Positions 37,262 to 45,505 of a stretch of DNA of 64,000 nucleotides are shown here, in pieces. Within the stretch, counting starts at the first letter, position 1, and the number at the start of each line of letters is the position of its first letter. The translations under genes were made by a program, and so were the position numbers. The DNA lies in NCBI GenBank assembly GCA_963771275.1, contig CAVYSW010000010.1, forward strand, positions 256,001 through 320,000, in the 5' to 3' direction. The notes beneath the pieces were generated by a model. It was given only the letters and a program-made list of their open reading frames with translations. It ran no database searches and was not told the origin of the DNA. The stretch comes from an uncultured Gemmatimonadales bacterium. GTDB taxonomy: Bacteria; Gemmatimonadota; Gemmatimonadetes; Gemmatimonadales; GWC2-71-9.

Positions 37262-37354
37262 AATGTGAAATGTGAAAACTGCGCGAAAGGGGAAGCGGGA
37301 AACGTGACGGTCGTTTCCCGTTTCCCTTTTCCCTTTTCCCTCTTCACCTTTCAC
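37251..37354. repeat. Inverted arrays of the heptamer G(G/T)GAAAN between convergent genes
   Basis: GTGAAAC GTGAAAT GTGAAAT GTGAAAA..GGGAAGC GGGAAAC versus GTTTCCC GTTTCCC TTTTCCC TTTTCCC TCTTCAC CTTTCAC. Confidence 0.9.
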
Positions 37355-38023
37355 TCACTGCCGCACCAGCTCCGGCCGCACGGTGAGGATCGTGGTGGCG
37401 TTTCCCGGGAGCAACTGGGCGTTGCCGAGCACGACCGTCTGCCCATCGCGCGCGTTAAGCGACGTGCTGAGCGCCGGTCGACCCCCGCTGCCCAGCTCCA
37501 CATGCAGCTCCACGACGCCAGAGTCACCGATCGCCCGCACGCTCCCGATGCCCGCTTCGATGCGATAGGAGCGGCCGCCACCCGCTGCGACGTTCTGCAC
37601 CAGGTTGCTCCGCGCGGCACCCGTTACTTGCGCCTCCGCCACGAGCCGGTAGCCCTGAAAGCGGAACAGCTTCCGCAACTGGGCTTCCACGTCCGCGATG
37701 CGCGGGTCCGCGCCGCTTGCTCCGTCGGCCTCGATCACCTGAAAGTGGAGCTGCACCCACGGCTGAGGAACGTCGTACTGTGCGAGGACGCGGGCGATCT
37801 TCTCGAGGTTGTCCGGCGTTTCCCGGACGGTGACGGTGTTCTGGGTGAAGCTCATCGTACCGGCCCGCCCGGTGCGGTCGGTGAACACATAAGGCTGGAT
37901 GAGACCCTGCGCCGCGCCGGGGTCGAGGTAGTTCAGCGGGAAGGTCCGCGCGTCGAGCTCGGACTCGCGATCGCAGCCGGCGAGCGTGAAGGCGAGTGCG
38001 GCGAGCAGCAGCATGGGGCGCAT
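37355..38023 (-). CDS. Lipoprotein with secretin-N (NolW-like) domain and short secretin-like C-terminus
   Basis: Lipobox LAGC; RTFPLNYLDP...NTVTVRETPDNLEKIARVLAQYDVP; TSLNARDGQTVVLG...ILTVRPELV. Confidence 0.65.
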   Translation of the reverse strand: MRPMLLLAALAFTLAGCDRESELDARTFPLNYLDPGAAQGLIQPYVFTDRTGRAGTMSFTQNTVTVRETPDNLEKIARVLAQYDVPQPWVQLHFQVIEADGASGADPRIADVEAQLRKLFRFQGYRLVAEAQVTGAARSNLVQNVAAGGGRSYRIEAGIGSVRAIGDSGVVELHVELGSGGRPALSTSLNARDGQTVVLGNAQLLPGNATTILTVRPELVRQ

Positions 38024-38035
38024 CGGATCACTCCT

Positions 38036-38518
38036 CTAGTCTGGGAATTGCCAGACCACGACGATGTCGGGATTGGCAGTCTTGAACACGGCGACGGTGT
38101 GCGCCGCGCTGGCGACGAGCGGGAGGTCGGCCGGGGCGGCAGAGGCCGCAGGCGCCGCCGGGGCCGCAGAGGCGGCAGGAGCGGCACCGCGTGGCCCGAA
38201 AATCGTAGTGCGGGAGAGCAAAACCGCGGCGACGCCGGCGGCGGCCAGCGTGGGCGCCGCCAGGAGCCAGCGCCGGCGGGCTCGCCGAATTCGGTCCGCC
38301 TCCGCCCGGGCGACGCCGGCGGCCGCGTCCACCGCCCGACCAGGCCGTCGCATTCGCTCGCGGCGCAACGTCTCCGTCGTTCCCACGACGCGATCCGCCA
38401 ATCGGCGGCACTCGGCGCACGCGGCGAGGTGCGCGGCCAGCGGGGTGCCCGACGGGCGGTGCAGCTCGGCCAGGTCGGCGTCGAGCAGCGCATTTCGGGC
38501 ATCGGCACAGGTCATCAT
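38036..38518 (-). CDS. Zinc-binding (ZAS/zf-HC2) transmembrane anti-sigma factor
   Basis: MTC...HLAACAEC (HxxxCxxC), one TM helix; downstream of ECF sigma; GAGGAGG RBS. Confidence 0.8.
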   Translation of the reverse strand: MMTCADARNALLDADLAELHRPSGTPLAAHLAACAECRRLADRVVGTTETLRRERMRRPGRAVDAAAGVARAEADRIRRARRRWLLAAPTLAAAGVAAVLLSRTTIFGPRGAAPAASAAPAAPAASAAPADLPLVASAAHTVAVFKTANPDIVVVWQFPD

Positions 38519-38528
38519 CTCGTCCTCC

Positions 38529-39098
38529 TCACGCCTCGTAGCCGACCGCGAGCATCGCCGCACGAACGGCGCGCCGCGCGCGGAACAGATGGGTACGCGC
38601 CGTTGCCGCGCTCACGCCGAGCAGGCTCGCGGCCTCGTGCGCCTCATAGCCCTGGAGCTCCACCAGGTCGAACACCTCGCGCTGCCGACCCGGCAGCCGC
38701 GCGAGCGCCGCGCGCGCGGCGTCCACGGTCTCGCGCCGCTCGACCTCGGCCGCCGGGTCCGCGGCCGCGGCGGGGGCGTCAGCGAGCTGCCGCATGCGGT
38801 CCATCGCGCGGAGTCGGCGCGCATGGCGGCGATGGACGTCCCGCGCGGCGTTCCGGGTGACCTGGTACAGCCACGTCGAGAAGCGCGCGCCGCCGCGGAA
38901 CCGGCCCAGGCCAAGGTGCAGGCGGACGAGCACCTGCTGCGTCACGTCGTCCGCGTCGTCCGGGTCGCCGGTGTGGCCCACGGCCCAGCGATAGACCCGC
39001 GCGTACCATCGGTCCACCAAGCCGCGGAAGGCGGTCGGATCTCCCCGCTGGGCGCGGGCGATCAGCTCCTCGTCGCAGATGATCTCGGCGGCAGCCAC
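38529..39098 (-). CDS. ECF RNA polymerase sigma factor
   Basis: DEELIARAQRGD, DADDVTQQV, FSTWLYQVTRN, LPGRQREVF, TARTHLFRARR. Confidence 0.92.
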   Translation of the reverse strand: MAAAEIICDEELIARAQRGDPTAFRGLVDRWYARVYRWAVGHTGDPDDADDVTQQVLVRLHLGLGRFRGGARFSTWLYQVTRNAARDVHRRHARRLRAMDRMRQLADAPAAAADPAAEVERRETVDAARAALARLPGRQREVFDLVELQGYEAHEAASLLGVSAATARTHLFRARRAVRAAMLAVGYEA

Positions 39099-39130
39099 CG
39101 TGATGCGGTCTCCGGTTCATGCGGTAGTGG

Positions 39131-39158
39131 GACGTCGGTGGAGCCCAGCGCGTTTACA
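39131..39158 (-). promoter_or_regulatory. Putative autoregulatory ECF promoter TGTAAAC-N17-CGTC
   Basis: AAC (-35) / CGT (-10) ECF-type motif ~30 nt upstream of the sigma gene. Confidence 0.5.
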
Positions 39159-39278
39159 GGGGTCAGGGCGGGGGAGAGGGGGCAAGATGAGCCCGCTTCG
39201 GACTCCTCTGTCTCTGTCCCACTCCCCCTCCGCCCCTTCCTTCCGTAAGTTCAACCCTCCCTGCAATGGAGCCCAGCA

Positions 39279-39797
39279 ATGCCGACGAAAGCCGTGGAAG
39301 CCGCCATCAACGACCAGATCGCCAAGGAGTTCTACGCCTCCCATCTGTACCTGTCCATGGCCGCGTGGTTCGAGGATCAGAACCTGCCCGGCTTCGGCCA
39401 TTGGATGCGGATGCAGGCGGGCGAAGAGCACGGGCACGCCATGCGCCTGTTCGACTACCTCATCGAGGCGGGAGGCCGCGTGCGGCTGGCCGGTGTGGCG
39501 GAGCCGGCGAGCGACTTCAAAGGGCCGATGCAGATCATGCAGGAGTCGCTCAAGCATGAGCAGAAGGTCACGGCCTCGATCCGCAAGCTCTACGAGCTGG
39601 CGGACAAGGAGAAGGACTACGCGACGCAGCTCCACTTGCAATGGTTCATCACCGAGCAGCTCGAGGAGGAGAAGCAGGCGAGCGACATCATCGCGCGCTT
39701 GAAGCTCGCCGGCAACAACCCGGTGGCTCTGCTCATGATCGACGGCGAGCTGGGCGGGCGAGCCCCGGAGGCGGAGGCGGACGGGGAAGCCGAGTGA
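39279..39797 (+). CDS. ftnA: Non-heme ferritin
   Basis: INDQIAKEFYASHLYLSMAAW, EEHGHAMR, HEQKVT, LQWFITEQLEEE. Confidence 0.93.
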   Translation: MPTKAVEAAINDQIAKEFYASHLYLSMAAWFEDQNLPGFGHWMRMQAGEEHGHAMRLFDYLIEAGGRVRLAGVAEPASDFKGPMQIMQESLKHEQKVTASIRKLYELADKEKDYATQLHLQWFITEQLEEEKQASDIIARLKLAGNNPVALLMIDGELGGRAPEAEADGEAE

Positions 39798-39836
39798 CCC
39801 GGCCCCGCCGGTAAGCGCGCTCCGGTCGGAATCTCC

Positions 39837-42083
39837 GTGGCGACCGAAGTCAGGCTCTCCCGCGAGCTCAAGCTCCTCGACATCACGATGATCGGTGTCG
39901 GCGCCATGATCGGCGCCGGCATCTTCGTGCTGACCGGGATCGCCGCGGGGGTGGCCGGGCCGGCGCTGCTGATCGCGTTCCTCCTGAACGGGGTCGTGGC
40001 GCTGCTCACGGCGATGGCGTACGCCGAGCTGGGCAGCGCGTTCCACGACGCGGGCGGCGGCTATCTCTGGGTCAAGACGTCGCTGCCCGATCCCAACGGA
40101 TTCCTCAGCGGCTGGATGTCGTGGTTCGCCCACGCGGTCGCGTGCTCGCTGTACGCGCTGGGATTCGGCGCCTATTTCCGGCTGCTCTTGACGGCGACCG
40201 GCGTGCCGGAGTTTCACCTCGGGTTCATGACGCTCGAGAAGTGGCTGGCCGTGGTCACCTGCGTCGTGTTCGCCTACATCAATTTCCGTGGCGCGGCGGA
40301 GGCCGGCAAAGCGGGCAACGTGGTCACGGTGAGCAAGGTCGTGGTGATCGCGGCGTTCATCGCGCTGGGCCTGGTGGTGCTGGGCCGCCGGCCCGACTGG
40401 CACGCCGCGTTCCAGCCGTTCTTCAGCAACGGCTGGGGCGGGGTGTTCGCCGCGATGGGGCTCACGTTCATTGCGTTCGAGGGGTACGAGATCATCGCGC
40501 AGACCAGCGAGGAAGTGGAGAACCCGAAGCGCAATGTCCCGCGAGCGATCTTCCTGTCGCTGCTCATCGTGATCCCGATCTACCTGCTGGTGGCGTTCGT
40601 GGCGATCGCGGCGGTGCAGCCGCCCGCCGGGATGCGCATTGCGGAGTACCTCGGCTCGCAGAAGGAGATCGCCCTGGTGCGGGCGGCCGACCAGTTCCTG
40701 GCGGGGGGCGGCTTCGTGATCCTGGTGGGCGGGCTGCTCTCGACGCTGTCCGCGCTCAACGCCACGATCTTCTCGTCGTCGCGCGTGGCGTTTGCGATGG
40801 CGCGGGATGCGAACCTCCCGACCGCGCTGAGCGCGGTCCACCCGCGGCGCGCGACCCCGCACAATGCGATCCTCGCCTCCGCCGTGATCGTGATCGGGAT
40901 GGCGGTGCTGCTGCCGATCGAGGACGTCGCCGCCGCTGCCGACATCATGTTCCTGCTGCTGTTCGTGCAGGTGAACGTGGCGGTGATGCGGCTGCGGCGC
41001 AGCCGGCCGGATCTCGACCGGGGCTTCAAGGTCCCGCTGATGCCGCTGACGCCGGTGCTCGCGATCGGGACGATGCTGTTCCTCGCCGTGTTCTTGTTCA
41101 CGCGCTACCCGATGGCGTGGGTGGCGGCAGGGGTCTGGATCGCGGCCGGGGCCGGCGTCTACTACGGGTATGCGCGCACGCGGGAGGCCGTCCACCTCAA
41201 GCGCGCGGAGTGGATGGAGCGGATCGAGCGCAAGCAGTACCGGGTTCTGGTCGCCGTGTCGAGCCCTCGCACGGTGGAGTCGCTGATGGAAGTGGCGGTG
41301 GCGATCGCCAAGCCGCACCAGGGCGAGGTGGTGGCGGTAAGCGTCGCGGAGGTGCCCGAAGGCGCGGCGTTGGCCACGGGCCAGCAGCGGCTGGACCGGC
41401 TCGATCCCGTGCTGCGGCAGGCGGTGCGCTATGCGGAGCAGCGTGGCGTCCGGGCCCGGCCGATCGTCGAGGTGGCGCGGCGCGTGAGCCACGGGATCGT
41501 CGAGGCGGCGCGCGAGGAGGAGTGCAACTTCCTGGTGATCGGGCAGCCGGTGGCGCACTCGTTCGTCGAACGCATCGTGGCGTCGATCGTCGAGCGGGTG
41601 CTGCAGGAGGCGCCGTCCCAGGTGGGGATCGTGTTCGGTGCCGTGCGCCCGGAGGCGGTGCAGCGGATCGTCGTCCCGATCACGAAGGGGGCGAACCCCA
41701 AGCTGGCTGCGGAGCTGGCCCCGAAACTCGGCGGTTGGTTCGGTGCGCCGGTCAAGGCGGTGACGGTGGTGCCGGTGGATGTGAGCGAGGCGGAGGGCGA
41801 GGCGCTGGTGACCGACGCGCGCGCCACGCTCGCCGCCGCGGGATACACGGAGGAGTTGGAGGTGCTGCGCCGGCGAGAGGTCGGGCTTGGCCTCGCGCAG
41901 GCGTTGCGGCGCGGCGATCTCGTGCTGATCGGCGCGCCGAGCGCGGGCCCGGTAGCGACGATCCTCGGCCTGACGGTACCGGCCGAGCTCGCCGCGCGGC
42001 GGCGGGTGCCGGTGGTGGCGGTGCGCGACGTGGAGCAACGCAAGGTGCGCCGGTTCGAGCGGGTGTTTTTCGGGAAGGGGTGA
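39837..42083 (+). CDS. APC-family amino acid permease fused to universal stress protein (USP) domains
   Basis: GAMIGAGIF, FIAFEGYE, EEVENPKRNVPRAI, ~12 TM; C-terminal RVLVAVS...GIVEAAREE..NFLVIG and RIVVPI.KG. Confidence 0.88.
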   Translation: MATEVRLSRELKLLDITMIGVGAMIGAGIFVLTGIAAGVAGPALLIAFLLNGVVALLTAMAYAELGSAFHDAGGGYLWVKTSLPDPNGFLSGWMSWFAHAVACSLYALGFGAYFRLLLTATGVPEFHLGFMTLEKWLAVVTCVVFAYINFRGAAEAGKAGNVVTVSKVVVIAAFIALGLVVLGRRPDWHAAFQPFFSNGWGGVFAAMGLTFIAFEGYEIIAQTSEEVENPKRNVPRAIFLSLLIVIPIYLLVAFVAIAAVQPPAGMRIAEYLGSQKEIALVRAADQFLAGGGFVILVGGLLSTLSALNATIFSSSRVAFAMARDANLPTALSAVHPRRATPHNAILASAVIVIGMAVLLPIEDVAAAADIMFLLLFVQVNVAVMRLRRSRPDLDRGFKVPLMPLTPVLAIGTMLFLAVFLFTRYPMAWVAAGVWIAAGAGVYYGYARTREAVHLKRAEWMERIERKQYRVLVAVSSPRTVESLMEVAVAIAKPHQGEVVAVSVAEVPEGAALATGQQRLDRLDPVLRQAVRYAEQRGVRARPIVEVARRVSHGIVEAAREEECNFLVIGQPVAHSFVERIVASIVERVLQEAPSQVGIVFGAVRPEAVQRIVVPITKGANPKLAAELAPKLGGWFGAPVKAVTVVPVDVSEAEGEALVTDARATLAAAGYTEELEVLRRREVGLGLAQALRRGDLVLIGAPSAGPVATILGLTVPAELAARRRVPVVAVRDVEQRKVRRFERVFFGKG

Positions 42084-42090
42084 GCTGACG

Positions 42091-42762
42091 ATGCAGCAAC
42101 AGGACAGCGGCGCGCTCGCCGAGTTCGTCCGGCGGGTGACGGAGTACCTGCCCACGCTCGCGGCCGGGCTGCTGGTGGTGGCGCTCGGCGTCGTGGTGGG
42201 CTGGGTTGTCAAGCGACTCGTCGTGCGCATCCTCACGTGGCTGCGGCTTGACCGGCTGGCCGGCCGGGTCGGGTGGCGGGCGGCGATGGGGAAGGGTGAC
42301 GTGCGGGCGGCGCTCTACGAGCTGGTGGGGAACATCGCGTTCATCATCGTCGTGCTGATCTTCCTGGACAACGCGCTGCAGATCCTCGGCCTGCTGGTGC
42401 TGTCGCGGCTGCTCGACTCGGTGGTGTTCTACCTGCCGAATCTCGGGGTCGTGGCGGCGATCGCGGTTGCCGGCCTGGTGATCGCGAACGTGCTGTCGCA
42501 GCGGCTGGAGGACGCGCTCGAGGAAGAGGAGATCGAGCACGCGCGGCTGATCGCGAAGCTCCTGAAGGGCGCGCTCTACGCGATCGTCGGCGCGCTCGTG
42601 CTGTGGCAGCTGGGGTTCGCGCGCCAGATCGTGCTCGCCTCGTTCTTGATCATGTTCGGCGCCGTCGGGGTGGCATTCGCGGTGGCGGTGGGCGTCGGCT
42701 CCGCCAAGGCGGTGCAGGGCGGATGGGAGGGGCTGTTCGCGAAGAAGAGGAAGGAGAAGTAG
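42091..42762 (+). CDS. Membrane protein with conserved TM-helix repeats (CmpX / MscS N-terminal-like)
   Basis: Repeated YLP(T/N)L..A..V...G motifs; ends AFAVAVGVG; no MscS cytoplasmic domain. Confidence 0.7.
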   Translation: MQQQDSGALAEFVRRVTEYLPTLAAGLLVVALGVVVGWVVKRLVVRILTWLRLDRLAGRVGWRAAMGKGDVRAALYELVGNIAFIIVVLIFLDNALQILGLLVLSRLLDSVVFYLPNLGVVAAIAVAGLVIANVLSQRLEDALEEEEIEHARLIAKLLKGALYAIVGALVLWQLGFARQIVLASFLIMFGAVGVAFAVAVGVGSAKAVQGGWEGLFAKKRKEK

Positions 42763-42763
42763 A

Positions 42764-42850
42764 CGGACAGGGTGGGATTCGAACCCACGAACCGGTTACC
42801 CGGTTACACGCTCTCCAGGCGTGTGCCTTCAGCCGCTCGGCCACCTGTCC
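42764..42850 (-). tRNA. tRNA-Ser (anticodon GGA), CCA not encoded
   Basis: GGACAGG acceptor, TGGCCGAGCGGCTGAAGGCA D-arm, CACGC-CTGGAGA-GCGTG anticodon arm, long variable arm, GGTTCGAATCC T-loop. Confidence 0.96.
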
Positions 42851-43065
42851 CGAGGCGCTAACCGGAGCAATTAAGCGGGGTTAGAAAACCAGGTCAACCC
42901 ACGCGCCGCGCCCCGGTACCGCTTGACCTACGAGTTCCGACCCGGCGGTGTGCTGCGCGATGCGTTCGCGATCGCGCCGCCCGGAACACCCGACGCCTTC
43001 GCGTCGTATCTCAACCTGGGAATCGCACAAGGGCGCAAGGTAACGTCCTGTCACAGGGAGCTCCA

Positions 43066-43596
43066 ATGAGTTGGGAGAACACCCACGTGACCACCGAGGT
43101 CCTCTGGCGCGGGACGCTCATCTTCGCGCCCGTCGATCTCGTCTTCGTGCTGGCACTCGCCCGCTTCGTCACCGCGACGCGGTTTCACGAGATCCGACGC
43201 CTGCTCGCCGCGACGACCGCCGTCTTTTGGTTCCTCATCTGGCTCGTGCTCGCCGCGACGGTCTTCTGGGAGCCGGTCTACTCCTACGTGTTCCCCGCGT
43301 GGGCCCGCTGGCTGCTGCCGCCGGCCCAGGCGCTCCTGTTCGCGGGGTTTGCCGCGCTGTCCACTTGGGTCGCACTGCGCCTGCCCGGCCGGCCGGTCGT
43401 CACGTTCTGCCTGCTCGGTGGGCTCTGGGGGTCGGTTACCCACGTGTGGGCCGTCTACGTTGGCATCCTGTCCAGGCCGCCGATGCTGCAGGGCGCGAGC
43501 CCCGCGGCAGCGGTGATCTTCGCGTTCTTCGAGTTCACGCTCTACTTCTGTATCATCGTCACGGCGACCCGGGCGGTGCGAGCGTGGAGACCCTGA
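43066..43596 (+). CDS. Hypothetical integral membrane protein (~5 TM)
   Basis: GGGAG RBS, hydrophobic segments, genome-typical codon use. Confidence 0.7.
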   Translation: MSWENTHVTTEVLWRGTLIFAPVDLVFVLALARFVTATRFHEIRRLLAATTAVFWFLIWLVLAATVFWEPVYSYVFPAWARWLLPPAQALLFAGFAALSTWVALRLPGRPVVTFCLLGGLWGSVTHVWAVYVGILSRPPMLQGASPAAAVIFAFFEFTLYFCIIVTATRAVRAWRP

Positions 43597-43752
43597 TGAG
43601 GGCCGGTATGGGGAGACGCATAGGGGAATGAGCGCAGAGCCACCGCGCAGTCCGCCCCGCCGCCCGTCGCATGGGGTTAGCTTGTACGCACGGCTTCTCC
43701 TGGAACAGTCCGGCGCAGAACCGCAGCGAACCTCGGAGCGAGGAGCAAGATC

Positions 43753-44415
43753 ATGCGACGTGCTGTGACACTGGTGGCGATGGTGGGTCTGCTGTGGGGG
43801 TCGCTGAGTTGTGCGACGAAGGCCCAGACGGGGGCGATCGTGGGTGCGGGGGGTGGGGCAGTGGTTGGTGCCATCATCGGGAAGGCCACGGGAAGCACGG
43901 CGGCGGGCGCCATAATCGGTGCCGCCGTCGGCGGCGCTGCCGGAGCGATCATCGGCGACTACATGGACCGGCAGGCGGCCGAGATGCAGCGGGACCTCGA
44001 GGGGGCCAGGATCGAGCGCGTCGGCGAGGGCATCAAGATCACGTTCGCCGGCGGTCTGTTGTTCGACGTCGATCGTGCCGATCTCCGACCCGAGGCGCAG
44101 GCCAACCTCGTGAAGCTCACCAAGATCCTGCAGAAGTACGGCGACACGAACGTTCTGGTCGAGGGCCACACCGACGCCACGGGGGCCGAAGGCTACAACA
44201 TGGACCTCTCGCTCCGGCGCTCGTCGTCGGTGGCGACGTTCCTCGGCATCCAGGGGGTGGCGCGCGGCCGGCTGAGCGCCGTCGGCTATGGCGAGCTGCA
44301 GCCGATCGCGACCAACGAGACCGCCGACGGCCGGCAGCTGAACCGGCGCGTCGAGGTCGCGATTTGGGCGAACGACGATCTGAAGGCAGCCGCGAAGCGG
44401 CAGTCACAAGGCTAG
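43753..44415 (+). CDS. OmpA-family lipoprotein with glycine zipper (YiaD-like)
   Basis: Lipobox LSC, Gly-zipper, VEGHTDATG..YNMDLS.RR, GRQLNRRVEV. Confidence 0.93.
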   Translation: MRRAVTLVAMVGLLWGSLSCATKAQTGAIVGAGGGAVVGAIIGKATGSTAAGAIIGAAVGGAAGAIIGDYMDRQAAEMQRDLEGARIERVGEGIKITFAGGLLFDVDRADLRPEAQANLVKLTKILQKYGDTNVLVEGHTDATGAEGYNMDLSLRRSSSVATFLGIQGVARGRLSAVGYGELQPIATNETADGRQLNRRVEVAIWANDDLKAAAKRQSQG

Positions 44416-44720
44416 CTCCTCCGCCCGGGGGTTCACCGGTTGGCGCGTTGCGAGGCGGCGCGGGGGCGAGCGCTGCGCGGAAGGCTGTCCGGTGCCGGAG
44501 GACCGTCGCCGTGGGCGGGAGCGCCGGACCGTGCCGGATCGCCGCGAACCCCCGGGCGCCCACCTGCGGAATGCGATGCAGGCGCTCACCATGGCTCGTG
44601 AGGCCATGCCGCCGTCGCATGTGGCGGAGCTCCTGGAGGTGGCTCTCGGGCGCGTGGCTCCCGCTCGGGATGACCGGGACGAGGCGGCGGAGCGGAGGGA
44701 GAGTCGCGGCGCGGCGCGGC

Positions 44721-45395
44721 TCAGCCACCCAGGAAGTGCTGCTCCCGGACGAGAGAGAGGTGATACCGCGCGCCGTGGCGCGGCGGCGGGCCCACGATCG
44801 GTAGGACCCCCCCGCCAAACTGCACATACTCCCCCTCCGTCCGACCGTCCTCGGTCTCGATCCCGCCCAACAGCAACCCGAAGATCCCGTCCATGTCCTC
44901 GATCCGGACGACGACCGTAACGACGGTGTCGCCGACCTGCCCATTGCAGACGATCGATGATGTGCAGGGTGTCCGCCAACGCTGGACGAACCCCTGACGT
45001 GTGCCGACCGTCACCGTACAGTCTGGGGTGCAGACCTCCTCCGTCACCTCTCCTTCCAAGGTGAATGCGTCCGGCCATGTGCCGCCGGTGCTGACGCCCG
45101 TGCCCGTCCGCCTCCGGTCCCCGAGGCTGTCGACCTTGGTGATTTCAAGGCGACCCGAGAGGCGGCCGTGGACCTCGAGATCGACCGTGTCGACCCGTGA
45201 GCCGCAGATGGCGTGATCGATGGTTTCCGTCGAGCCTGGTGCGCAGTCGTACACGGCCCGGGCCGTGGCGTCGAGTCGGTACACGTCGCCGGGCGCGGGG
45301 CCGGCCGGCTCGCCGCAGGCGACGAGGACCAGTGGGACAAGCAGGATGGGTGACGCGAGGCGGTAACGCTTCGGAGGGTGGGGCAGCCGCTCCAC
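44721..45395 (-). CDS. Hypothetical Cys-rich lipoprotein; start uncertain
   Basis: Lipobox LVLVAC-GEP; paired cysteines; beta-rich sequence. Confidence 0.55.
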   Translation of the reverse strand: MERLPHPPKRYRLASPILLVPLVLVACGEPAGPAPGDVYRLDATARAVYDCAPGSTETIDHAICGSRVDTVDLEVHGRLSGRLEITKVDSLGDRRRTGTGVSTGGTWPDAFTLEGEVTEEVCTPDCTVTVGTRQGFVQRWRTPCTSSIVCNGQVGDTVVTVVVRIEDMDGIFGLLLGGIETEDGRTEGEYVQFGGGVLPIVGPPPRHGARYHLSLVREQHFLGG

Positions 45396-45505
45396 ACCGC
45401 CGCCGCAGTGTTCATGCCGGACAGACGTGACAGGCACAGGCCGGAGTCCTGGCTGCGGGCGATGACGAAGCCCTGACCCATGGCGGCGCGGATCCCGCCC
45501 GCGCG

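Noticed and set aside
37251..37354. CRISPR array
   Set aside because: Units are 7 nt with no spacers and there are no cas genes in the window
39795..39839. Ferritin UGA is in frame with the downstream permease (likewise desulfurase UGA 53630 with ORF 53699)
   Set aside because: One-in-three chance event; both upstream proteins are complete, there is no clear SECIS, and ORF 53699 has its own strong RBS
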